Below are positions 1-12,400 of a DNA stretch of 64,000 nucleotides, one piece after another (positions within the stretch are counted from its first letter, which is position 1; every line of letters begins with the position of its first letter). Made by a program: the position numbers and the translations under genes. Under the pieces are notes generated by a model that saw only the letters and a list, made by a program, of their open reading frames with translations, was not told the DNA's origin and did not search any database. The stretch spans positions 9,672,001 to 9,736,000 of the forward strand of contig CATNEN010000038.1 in NCBI GenBank assembly GCA_950097015.1, given 5' to 3'. The DNA comes from Macrostomum hystrix. Its lineage: Eukaryota; Animalia; Platyhelminthes.

Positions 1-1
1 C

Positions 2-508
2 GCTGCTAGCTATCCCGCTGAAGCTGCGGCAGTGGAGGCGCTGTCCCAGTCGCCGCATGACCAGCAGTCGCTTCTGCCCAGCCTGGAGATTATCGAAAAA
101 ACGGTTGCCCGCCGCTGCTTCACCCACTGGGTGCCCGATCATCAGCGCGGCCGGTGCGCCGGCTGCGGCGCCGAGTTCTGGCTGCCATTGCGCCGCCGGC
201 ATCACTGCCGAGCCTGCGGCGATGTGTTTTGCCACTCCTGCTGCTCCGAATATGTCCGCCTGCCCGGCCAGATGCTGCGCGACCTCTGCCGAGTTTGCAA
301 GCCCTGCGCTGCAGCAGCAGCAGCATCTGCTACCGTCTCCGCCGCCGGCGCTGACCCGGATTCAGCTGCTGTTAAGGAAACCAACGCCAGCGTCGAAGTC
401 GAAGACAAAAGTGCATCAGCCAGTGCCGCAGCTGCCGCAGCCGCTGTTTTAGCCGCGCCTTTGGCTATGCCATCGTCTGAGGCTATTAGAATTTCTGTGA
501 AGTCTTGA
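2..508 (+). CDS. FYVE zinc-finger domain protein, 3' part (5' end outside window)
   Basis: Frame is open from base 2 to TGA at 506-508. It encodes WVPD..CxxC..F..RRRHHCRACGDVFCxxC..RVCxxC, the canonical FYVE WxxD / R(R/K)HHCR / RVC motifs. Confidence 0.85.
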   Translation, partial: AASYPAEAAAVEALSQSPHDQQSLLPSLEIIEKTVARRCFTHWVPDHQRGRCAGCGAEFWLPLRRRHHCRACGDVFCHSCCSEYVRLPGQMLRDLCRVCKPCAAAAAASATVSAAGADPDSAAVKETNASVEVEDKSASASAAAAAAAVLAAPLAMPSSEAIRISVKS

Positions 509-1809
509 CCGATAAAAACTGTTGTCTTTAGAGTTTTGTGATATATTTTCAAACCTGTGCTTCATACTGTCATAGACCTTGCCTTTTTCATGTTTCATTC
601 AAAGCATAATTCTTCTTATTTTTGAAGATTCGTAAAAACAAACAAAATAATAATGCTCGTATTTAAACTCGCGCCAATAAAACTCGCATCGAGAAATAAC
701 GACGTCGGTAAAATTGGCACGAAATTTAAATTTATCGAGACTATAGTGCAAACTGGATCTGAAACCGAGTAAAACCCAGCCATGCGGATAGAGATTTTCA
801 GTATTAAAGCAGTCTTAAATTAGTTTTTACGAGCTTAATTTTTACGTCTTACGTTATCTTTTTGCGTTAATTTTCTACAGGTCGTTCTATTTTTTTCATG
901 CAAAGTCAGTTATAATCCAGGATTAGGCAACTGTCACAAGCATTGAAGAGCATAGATTTGTCTTTTGGAACTTCCATTTTTGCATCGATCTGTTTTGCTC
1001 ATGTTTTTTCTTGACTTCTGATGCAGTGCGTTGTCGATCGTTAAATATGTTTATCTCCCTGTTTCATCGCCAGTTTTTTATGTAATCAATTGTTTTCCTC
1101 AAGTGCCTTCCTTCCTTCTTGATTCACACGCGGCTTGACTTCTGTGTCAAGCAGATTAATGAATGACATAATTTAACCTAGTTTTATATTCAAGTACAAT
1201 TAGCTATGCTTAGCTTTTCATTGCGCGCTCACTTTCTTTCCTAACAAAAATGCATCACTACGCTCGTATATTTCATATCCTAGTTAATTAACTTCTGATT
1301 GCAACTTTCAAGTGTGAAATGTGAAGCGCTTTACGAAACTGGGTGTTGGGTGGGTGTTTAGGAGTTTTAACCCAAAGCCGCATTATCAACCGACTATTAT
1401 GTTGTCATGTCTATCCGGTGCCCATCTAAATCGTACAATATTCTCACCTCAGAACTGGTGTTGTTTAAGCCCATATTGGCTTATTTTTATCTGTGTACAG
1501 TCTTAGTTGATTTAAGAGGTTCATTAATTTTGTTTGATGTCTTTTAAAGACTTATAAAAGTTTTTATAGTTTATTTAAGTAACAAAGGCATGCGTACAAG
1601 AGTACAGATAATCTATTTTCATTCATCTGTAATTTTATATTTAGGACGTTATTTTATAGTTCTAGAGTTCATTGTTCCAGTCCAGCTTTGTGTGACATAA
1701 TCTATAAATTTATTATATTTACTAGATTCAAAACTTGGCACTGGCCCAACAAACACGCACTATTTGATTTGTGCGTTCGCGACCGACCATGCCCCCTCTA
1801 GAGGTCGTT

Positions 1810-2765
1810 TGGAGGCTCTCGACCGACCACTCCCATATAGTTAGGAGGCTCTCGACCGGCCACTCCCATATAGTTAGGAGGCTCTCGACCGGCCACTCCC
1901 GGTCGAGTATAGTTCTATCTATCTATCTGCAGGGGGCCCGGGGCACTTGTCGCACAAGCGACAGAGCGGCACGCCCCCAGACCGGCGAACTAGGCGCTTT
2001 AGCGCCCATCGCGCCGCCTCCCCTGAGCAGGCACCACACACAGCAGCACAGACCAGCCGGGGAGGGCAGGAGGCACCCAGAATAGACAGCAGTGTCCCCC
2101 ATCCCAGCCCCACACGCACATAGCAGACCAAGCCGGGGCGGAAGGCTGATAAGAAATCAGTCCTCAGGGGGGGCCGGGTGATGAGTGTACACTTATCCAA
2201 TCGCGCTGACGGAAGTCCAGAGAGCGCGCGGCGGTGTACACCCGCCCTCCAGCCACTCCCCGCAAGGTCTAACGCCCCAGCGCCAACGCACATAACTCAT
2301 ACAACGCAGAACAGGCACACAGAAGGTATGAGCGAAGCTATTATTTCAAGCTTTGATTGCACGAAATATGGTGCACCTCCGCCGGTCGCTACTGTCCAAA
2401 ACCCACAACAAGTCCCGAAATTAATCGCGACTTGAAGGGTGAATCGAACTAGCGTCCTTTGGAGTGCGAGGCAGCGACGTTAGCCGCTGACCCACTCGTC
2501 CCCTCCCATATAGTTAGGAGGCTCTCGACCGCCCACTCCCATATAGTTAGGAGGCTCTCGACCGACCACTCCCATATAGTTAGGAGGCTCTCGACCGGCC
2601 ACTCCCATATAGTTAGGAGGCTCTCGACCGACCACTCCCATATAGTTAGGAGGCTCTCGACCGGTCACTCCCATATAGTTAGGAGGCTCTCGACCGGCCA
2701 CTCCCATATAGTTAAGAGGCTCTCGGCCAGCCACCCCCATATAGTTAGGAGGCTCTCGACCAGTC
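1810..2765. repeat. 33-bp minisatellite (CTCCCATATAGTTAGGAGGCTCTCGACCGGCCA), split into two blocks (~1810-1900 and ~2503-2765) by an inserted SINE-like element
   Basis: Directly visible tandem units; ORFs over it show an 11-aa periodicity. Confidence 0.9.
1914..2502 (-). mobile_element. Putative tRNA-derived SINE (family C) with (GATA)n tail
   Basis: The minus strand starts GGGGACGAGTGGGTCAGCGG (A-box-like), has GTTCGATTC (B box, plus-strand 2441-2449), a GC-rich body and a terminal GATAGATAGATAG. It interrupts the 33-bp array. Single copy in the window and no clean TSD. Confidence 0.6.
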
Positions 2766-3589
2766 ACTATGCGGGATCTTGTCCAGTGGGAAGTTTTTTA
2801 GTTAGTTAAAATCGCCACCGCAGTATCCATGAAAACGCTTATTATAAAAAAATTTAGGCGTCGTTAAAGTTAAATTTTACTTGTACGAGTATGTTTTCAA
2901 GTGGCCCATATTAATTGGCGTTAATTGTGTGGCCCATATTCGTTTTAACAATCAAATCAAATCACATTCTATATTACTGAGGTAACGACTGTCGACATGG
3001 CGCGTATATTAACTAGTTTTATTACTGTATTATTGGAGCCGCGGTAAACATGATAATTAACTGGCGCTACTTCTAAATCTAAAAATAGAATCGCAACAGC
3101 GAAGGACAAAGCTTTAGTTTTTTTCAGAATGCACAAAAGCAGACTAAAGAGAACTTGTTATTAGTTTTATTTTTCTCTTTCAATCAAACAATTTGCCTTG
3201 GCCGCTGGCGGCTGTCGAAATTGACAATAGGCGGTGCCTTTGCTGGGCCACAGAGTTGGGTCTGGGAAGGAGAAAAGAAAATATAGCTCCACAATTTAAC
3301 GGGACACGTCATGCAGACCAAGGAATTTAGGGCGGTATGAGGCGAAAAGAAAAACCTGCGTATAAGATATCTGGCCTGGAAGCTTTGACTGGCGGCTTTT
3401 CTGTCAGCAGAGGGGGGCGTGGCGGTCGCGGGATTAAAAAAACGCAACAGAACGTGGCAAAATGATGGATACACTGGACAAACTAGATTACTGAGTTAAA
3501 ATAGCAACTGCTACTACTGATAAGTAGGGACAATGGACAAAAAAGAGAATTGAAAGTGCAGCGCGCAGGAAGACCAGCTCAGAATGGGA

Positions 3590-6500
3590 TCAGGCGTAAT
3601 AGTTGGGTGACACTAGCAGGTCTGTCAGAACCAGCAGCTCTTCCTCCGTGAACATGGCCTTGTCGGCGTGCCAGGTCTCTTGGTGGGTGCGCTTGAAGCT
3701 GGCCAGGGTGCTGCGTACGGAGCTGCGGATCGGCTCCGGGTCGTTGACGTGCTGGCAGAGGGCCATCAGCACAGGCGGCAGGTGCTCCGGTACATCGTAC
3801 GGCGCCGCATCAACAATTGAGCAGAGGCCGAGTACACCGCTGTGCCTGGCGTTCACCTGGCCCAGGTCCGGTCCGTTGCCACCGGGCTGCCGCTTGCGGA
3901 GTCGGGTGCGGCACAGACGCTGCAGCTCAGGCAGCAGCTGGGCTTCGTCGGCTAGCCGGAGGTAGCCGCAGCGCAGCAGACCAGAGAGGGTGCCGGAGGC
4001 CGCTTTACGCACGTCAAGGCTGTCGTCCTGCAGCAGGCGGAGCACGAGGCGTCGAACCCGGGACGGCAGGTCGCCTATAGGGTGTTAATAGGGTGTCACA
4101 TACCGTACAGTATAGGTGATACAGCAGGGTGTCAGGTGATGCAGTATGATGTCAGGTGATGCAGTCTGGTGTCAGGTGACGCAGTATGGTGTCAGGTGAT
4201 ACAGCAGGGTGTCAGGTGATACAGCAGGGTGTCAGGTGATACAGCAGGGTGTCAGGTGATACAGTATGGTGTCAGGTGATACAGTAGGGGGAGGGAGAAT
4301 GCAGTAAGGTATCGAAGGCAGATACAGTGCTCAGGTACCTGCAGACATGGCGAACAGGTTGAAGAACACGCAGCACTGCAGCAGGCGCAGCAGGCACTCG
4401 CGTGACTTCCACGATATCAGGCTGGTGGACAGGTGCTCCAGGGAGTCGATTAGGCTAGGCGCGAATTCCGGCGTGATTGGCAGAACGGCGTAGGTGTCGA
4501 TAGCAGCTTGCAGGTCTTTGTCCAGCCTGAGATCGAAGCTTGAGATCTGCAGGAGCTCCAGGAGGGGCGGCAGCAGCAGCCAGAGACAATCGTTTGGCAC
4601 GGTGGTGGCCGAGTAGCCAGCCTGGTTCACGGCTGTGCAGATGCTGCGAATCGTGAACACGGCCTCCGTCTTCTGCTGCTGTGACTGCGACTCGGTGCCG
4701 TCAACTGAGGCTGTAGAGCTGGAAAAATTGATCGGGGTAAATTGGAAAACTTAAGAGTACATTAGACGATTCGGAAGTACATTAGGTGATTTGGAAGTAC
4801 ATTAGGTGATTTGGAAGTACATAGGTGATTTGGAAGTACATAGGTGATTTGGAAGTACATAGGTGATTTGGAAGTACATTAGGTGATTTGGAAGTACATT
4901 AGGTGATTTGGAAGTACATAGGTGATTTGGAAGTACATAGGTGATTCGGAAGTACATTAGGTGATTTGGAAGTACATTAGGTGATTTGGAAGTACATAGG
5001 TGATTTGGAAGTACATAGGTGATTTGGAAGTACATCGGGTAGCATCGGTAAAAAAGCAGTTTAATAATAAATTCATCGCTTAGGAAGCATATCAGCTAGC
5101 TTAAAGAGCAAACTGGGCGATCCCTCAAGTTGACTCATGAGATGTGGTGTGTCCACAGACAGATGAAATCCCAACGTATGAGAATAACTGAGAAGGTCGG
5201 TGACACTTTCGCCTCTCGCACCAAGGTCCCTAAGTTCGATTCCACGGCGAGGCCACATTTATTTGGGGCGCAGCCGCGGAGAGAAGGCTTTGGGGCTTGT
5301 CGTGCAATTTACGCCCTTGAGGGCCAACCTCCAAGGCACAGTGAGTGTACACTGCCTGACGATGAGAGTCAGGGCAGATGTACATACCTGTGTGAGCGTG
5401 TGCCTGCGTACAGAATCTGTGTGCGTGTGTGCTCAGGAGTCAGCGAAATGGGCAGAATTGCCTCCTCACTGGCTGCGGGTCTGGTGTCACCCAATGATGT
5501 GCCATTGCCCGCAGCCCTCCTGCGATTTTTTATCATTACTATGAGGATGACTGAAGCTGCTAAATCCCACGCCAAAGTGACACTCACGAAGACTGCTGCG
5601 ACATTTCCACATCTTCGCAGTCGTCATCGGTCGCGGCCTCTTCAACAATCCGGACGCCTGTGCTGGAAGATCCTCCCGCTGTACCAGGCGTTTCCTTGCC
5701 TTCAGCATTGGTGTCCAACAGCGCCGGATCCAGGCCGGTGGCCGCCACAAGGGAGCGTCGGGCCGCGACCCGCAGGGTGGCGCCGGTCAGCCTGGCGGAG
5801 GCGGCCGTCTGTTGCAACGCCGACTGCACTCGGGCGGCCTGAAAGTCATGCGCCGAACGCACCGGAGTTAGCGCGGCCGGGCCATTGTCCGCGCACATCG
5901 ACATCAGGACGTCGCGAGAGTGCGTCAGGCGGGGCAGCAGAGTGTCCGAGATGATGGAAGCTGCGGTGAATGGCAGCCTGGAAATTTAGAGCGGGGGCGA
6001 GCATAGTGAGACATTGGGCAGACAGACAGGCAGACAGGCAGACAGATAGACAGACAGACAGGCAGGCAGGAAGACAGGCAGACAGACTAACCTCTCAATA
6101 TCGAATCCCTGGCATTGGTAGTCCAGGTCGGACAGGAAGGCGCTAAGCACGGAGGCGGCGGTGGACCGGAGCCGCGTGTCGTGCCTGGTGATGTTGTCCA
6201 TGACATACGGCAGGATTCGGCGCTGCAGCTCAATGCCCCGCCAGTGCAGAGACAGCAGGCAGATGCAGAGCAGCTTCAGTCGGACGCACTCTTTGAAGGC
6301 GGAGCCACTGCTGAGCTGGGCGATGAGAAAGTCGAACAGAGGCACCAGGCGGTAGGGGCTGAGGGTGCAGTCATTCCACAGGTAGGCCAGGGCCTCCACC
6401 CAGTAGGTGAGGGAGCTCTCGCTAACAGTGGCGATTGCGGCTTCCAATAGTTGCAAAACCCAGCGCCACATCTGTCGATAGTCGTCGTAGCCCCAGGCCT

Positions 6501-9308
6501 TGGAGCCACGGAGTAGGCCGCCCACAATGCCTGGTGGCGGAGTTTTATATGGTGATGATTGGGGATGGCTGGTGATCCTACCGTGGGAGCAGGGTCACAT
6601 CAGAATGATCCCATGGTAGCAATGTCACACCAGAATGGTCCCATGGGAGCAGGGTCACACCAAAATGATCCCATGGGAGCAGGGTCACACCAGAATAGTT
6701 CCATGAGAGCAGGGTCACACCAGAATAGTCCCATGGGAGCAGGGTCAAACCAAAATGATCCCATGGGAGCAGGGTCACACCAAAATAGTCCCATGGGAGC
6801 AGGGTCACACCAGAATGGTCCCATGGGAGCAGGGTCAAACCAAAATGATCCCATGGGAGCCGGGTCACACCAAAATGATCCCATGGGAGCAGGGTCACAC
6901 CAAAATAGTCCCATGGGAGCAGCGTCAAACCCAACCAAGCACCAACCTGCTGCGGACTTGTGAATGACATCCTCCTTGTCGTGGCCGCTGCAGCCCCCTA
7001 GCAACTGGCGCACTGAATCGAAGAAGCACTCGCCGCTACCGCCGACGGTGAAGACGGTCGGACCGAAGATCTTGGCCAGCAGGCAGACCATGTTCTCGGT
7101 GGGGAACTTGTCCATGTCGTCAAGCTCGTCCATGCCGTCGAGCGTGTCGCTCTGCTTGTCCTTCTCGTACAGGGAGGTCATGCAGCTGGTCAGCAGGAAG
7201 TGCCAGGTGTCGCCGGCGGTGAAGAATTCGCGGACTAAAACGCCGCACTCGTCTAGAGACCTGTTTGCGGGCAGTTTTTCGCCTGGATCGCGGACTCGAA
7301 CCAGCGGCGGCCAGTACATGTAGCCCATTGTCTCCTTGTCCACCCGGTGAAACGAATCCCAGGTGGCCTGATCGCGGAACAGATCCCTGTCTGGCGAGTA
7401 CACCAGGAAGTCATTGTCTGGCCTGGGTCCGGGCAGCCGACAGTCCGACGTCTGCGGCTTCAGGCAGATCCGCTTGGCAACGAAGCGTTTGTTGTACATG
7501 ACAGCGTCGAGCAGGTGACAGGCGTTGGACCGAATGGCTGGCACGGAGCTCTTCATGTGGTGCAGGATGAAGCGCACTGTGCTCACCTGAGCAGCGAATG
7601 GGAAAAAAAGTGGTTTAGAGGCTTTCGAAATCCCTAAAAGATCATAGCTTCCGGATTCGCGGACTTTAGAATCCCTAGAAACACTATGAATTGGATTCCT
7701 GACTTAGGAATCCCTAATAAACAGTAAATGGGATTCCTGGCCATATGACTCACTATAAAACAGAAAGTGGAATCTTAATTCCTAGAAACACTCTGAATGG
7801 GATTCTTGGCATTCGGAAATCCCAAAAACACACGAAAGAGGATCTCTGATCAGTGAAATGTCTAAAAAGACACTAATTGGAATTTCTGGCCTTTGAAACA
7901 GTCACAGAAGATCCAAAAAGCGCATTAAATGAGATCACAGATGGCAGCTAACCGGTATTGGCACATCGTACTGCCCCGGCATGAGGTCCATGATGAGGCG
8001 CACAATCTGCCAGCTTGATTCGTTCTTCGCCGCCGCGGCCAGCAGCCAGTTGGTGCTAGTCTGAAACAGCGCGGCCCGATTGGCGAAGTCTTCAACCAGA
8101 AGGGTCTCGGCTGAGCACCGCTCGGCGTCCGTCGGGGCAGCGCCGGCGCCCAAGTCGGCAAGCAGCCGCTCGGCCAGGCTGCGCAGAGCTTCGGGCACGG
8201 CTGGCCGGGCGATGTTCAGCGTGTTGAGCGACTCGAGCACGCAGAGCTCCAGTTCGTCCACCTGGCGAGTTTGTTGGTTTTTTCTGAATTTAATAAATTG
8301 CCTAAAGTAGAGAATATCTATGTGAGAAAATGCCAGATTCCCTATGTATGAGGAAAACGTAGAAAACGTTTAGGATGGGGAACACGTAGGATGGGAAATA
8401 TCGGGAATCCATAGAAAAAAATTAAACAAAGGAAAATTCTCTAGATTCCCTTAGCAGAAATGATTTAGCATGGGGAATCCTTTGCAATATGAAATATAAG
8501 GAATTCCTAGGGGAGAAATTTGTAGGATGGAAAATTCTTGGATTGCTAACGTCGAAAAATGTGGATCGGGAACCACTAGCGGGGAATTTATAGGATCGGG
8601 GGTGAATTTGATGGGGATTGGGAGTCCCTGGGATGTGAGATACCCGGGAATCCCTAGGGTTGAATTTATAGGATGGGAATCTCTAGATACTGTGGAAGAT
8701 TGACGGGAAATTAATGTAATAAAAAATCTAGGAGATCTCCCTTACCTTTTTATCCACGGTGCCCTCAAGCAGGAACGGACTCAGCTTGGCCTGCACGAGA
8801 GCCTGGCCCACCAATGGCACCACATTGTAGGCGGTGCTACCGAAATCCGGATAGAACTCGCGCACTACCTCTAGCAGGCCTTCAAATTCGTGTCGTTTCA
8901 TTTCGCTGCCGCCGGCATTGGCTGACTCCAATTGTTGGCAGGCTCGGGGCAGAAAGATCTGCGGCGACTGTCTGAAGCGATAAAAGTACTCCAGCAGGTA
9001 GTTGCGGGCCACAGATCTAACACGCTCGTAGGGCGAGGTCACGGCCGCCCGGTAGAGCAGCCAGCCGACCTCCAGAGAAGCCAAGTCCAGACGCCTTGAA
9101 TTGGACATCAGCCGGGTGCAGTGGCAGACGCAGACGCGAAGGAAATGATAGACCGGCAAGTGATACTCTTTGCCTAGCAGTGAGTTGCGACAGAAGATCA
9201 TTATGTTGTTAATCCACTTTGTTAGCACCTGAAAATAATTGAGGTTTCAGTGGGTTAGTATGCATGTAGATTTACCTGCTTATTATTGAATTCAGTCTAT
9301 AAATAGAA

Positions 9309-9359
<51 letters not shown>

Positions 9360-9366
9360 GGTAGGC

Positions 9367-9399
<33 letters not shown>

Positions 9400-9406
9400 G
9401 GTAGGC

Positions 9407-9437
<31 letters not shown>

Positions 9438-12400
9438 AAAACACAGGGAGAGCCAGGGAGACACAGGGAGAGACAGAGAGACACAGGGAGAGCCAGAGAG
9501 ACACAGGGAGAGCCAGGGAGACACAGGGAGAGCCAGAGAGACACAGGGAGAGCCAGGGAGACACAGGGAGAGCCAGGGAGACACAGGGAGAGCCAGAGAG
9601 ACACAGGGAGAGCCAGGGAGACACAGGGAGAGCCAGGGAGACACAGGGAGAGACAGAGAGACACAGGGAGAGCCAGGGAGACACAGGGAGAGACAGAGAG
9701 ACACAGGGAGAGCCAGGGAGACACAAGGAGAGCCAGAGAGACACAGGGAGAGCCAGGGAGACACAGGGAGAGCCAAAGAGACACAGGGAGAGCCCGGGAG
9801 ACACAGGGAGAGACAGAGGGACACAGGGAGAGACAGAGGGACACAGGGAGAGACAGAAAGACACAGGGAGAGCCAGAGAGACACAGGGAGAGGCAGAGAG
9901 ACACAGGGAGAGCCAGAGAGACACAGGGAGAGACAGAAAGACACAGGGAGAGCCAGAGAGACACAGGGAGAGACAGAAAGACACAGGGAGAGGCAGAGGG
10001 ACAGGGAGAGCCAGGGAGACACAGGGAGAGCCAGAGAGACACAGGGAGAGACAGAAAGACACAGGGAGAGGCAGAGGGACAGGGAGAGCCAGGGAGACAC
10101 AGGGAGAGCCAGAGAGACACAGGGAGAGACAGAAAGACACAGGGAGAGGCAGAGGGACAGGGAGAGCCAGGAAGACACAGGGAGAGGCAGAGGGACACAG
10201 TTCGAAACAGAGAGAGACAGGGAGAAACAAAAAGACACAGGGAGAGCCAGGGAGACACAGGGAGAGACAGAGGGACACAGTTCGAAACAGAGAGAGACAG
10301 GGAGAAACATAAAGACACAGGGAGAGCCAGGGAGACACAGGGAGAGACAGAGGGACACAGGGAGAGACAGAGGGACACAGTTCGAAACAGAGAGAGACAG
10401 GGAGAGACATAGAGACACAGAGAGATCCAGGGAGACACAGGGAGAGACAGAGAGACACAGGGAGAGACAGAGAGACACAGGGAGAGACAGAGAGACACAG
10501 GGAGAGACAGAGGGACACAGTTCGAAACAGAGAGAGACAGGGAGAGACATAGAGACACAGAGAGATCCAGGGAGACACAGGGAGAGACAGAGAGACACAG
10601 GAAGAGACAGAGAGACACAGGGAGAGCAGAGAGACACAGGAAGAGACAGAGAGACACAGGGAGAGACAGAGAGACACAGGGAGAGACAGAGGGACACAGT
10701 TCGAAACAAAGAGAGACAGGGAGAGACATAGAGACACAGAGAGATCCAGGGAGACACAGGGAGAGACAGAGAGACACAGGGAGAGACAGAGAGACACAGG
10801 GAGAGACAGAGGGACACAGTTCGAAACAGAGAGAGACAGGCAGAGACATAGAGACACAGAGAGATCCAGGGAGACACAGGGAGAGACAGAGAGACACAGG
10901 AAGAGACAGAGAGACACAGGGAGAGACAGAGAGACACAGGGAGAGACAGAGGGACACAGTTCGAAACAGAGAGAGACAGGGAGAGACATAGAGACACAGA
11001 GAGATCCAGGGAGACACAGGGAGAGACATAGAGACACAGAGAGATCCAGGGAGACACAGGGAGAGACAGAGAGACACAGGGAGATCCAGGGAGACACAGG
11101 GAGAGACATAGAGACACAGAGAGATCCAGGGAGACACAGGGAGAGACAGAGAGACACAGGGAGACAGGCATTGAGGCACAGAGGGGAAACGAATTCAGCA
11201 GCATTGGCACCTATTCATCGTAAAGGTACAATCCACGCTTTCTCACCTTCTTAATAGCGGCATAGTCCAGAAAGGGGAAAAGCAGGGAGTTAAAGAGCAT
11301 GATGAGCTCCTCCAGTGACTGGGTGTCATCTTCGCACTTCTCAGTCAGGTGGTGAAACAGCCGAATAGCCAGGCTCCGCAATTCCCAGCGCAGATTCTTG
11401 CCGCCCCAGGTGATCTCGAAGTTGTCGAGCCGGTAGGCGAAGCGGGACACCTCGGTTGGCGCGCTGATCTCAGCGACCGGACTGAGGGGAACCAGCTTGT
11501 CCTGCCACATGGGCGTGACGTGCTCCACGCCCTGCGAATGGGAAGCCGGTCAGATGGAAAACTGTCAGAGGGGTCAATGACCTTAATAGTAACATGGAAT
11601 ACATCAGTAAGGGACGTCAATGACTTCCACACAATAATTAAGCAAAACAGTTACAAGGAGGTTAATGACCTCCGCAGCAACATCAAGCAAAACGTACATT
11701 GGGGGTCAATGGTCTTAACACACAAAGACATCCACAGCAATATTGAGAAATGCAATCAGAGCGGGGCCAATGACCACAGCAACAAAGACCTACACAGCAA
11801 TATGGAGAAATGCAGTCAGACCGGGTCAATTACCACAGCAAATTTCCAAGAATCGCCAACCGTCTCACCTGCAAAGCGGACTTAAGCCAGCCGATGTAAG
11901 CAGCCCGGTGGTCTTGGCCAAGCTCCAGCTTGCCGTCGCACATGTCGCTGAGCTTCTGGGCGACGCCGCGCATCACGCCGTCGATGAGATCCTGGGCGAA
12001 GGCGACGCTCTCAGCGGTTGGCAGATTGAAATCGGCGTCCGTCACTCGGTAGGACGCCAGTCTGATGACGCGGCCCCACAGGCGCGTCGGCGGGGTGTCC
12101 TTGGATTCCGTCATCAGCGGCGACTCGACAAACGGCCGGCAGTTCATTAGAGTGGCTGTGAGCGAAGTGAGCACATTGTCCAGCAGCTGGCGCCCGATCT
12201 TCAATGCGTGCTTGCATTTAACCCTAGCCAGGGTGGCGATGATCTCCGTGATCTCCGCCCGGTATCTGCGATGGATTGAGTAGGGATCGAATTTGAGGAT
12301 TCTAGTAGATTAAGGGATCGAATTTAGGGATCCTAGTAGATTAAGGGAGTCGATTTGAGGATTCTAGTAGATTAAGGGAGTCGATTTGAGGATTCTAGTA

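Noticed and set aside
5340-5560. Hammerhead ribozyme or C/D snoRNA in PSME4 intron 13
   Set aside because: No complete CUGANGA..GAAA core with flanking stems was found, and the C/D-like words are on the antisense strand within a SINE.
9272-11210. Three overlapping 620-640-aa ORFs
   Set aside because: They are stop-free only because the minus strand of the satellite lacks A; they lie inside PSME4 intron 8.
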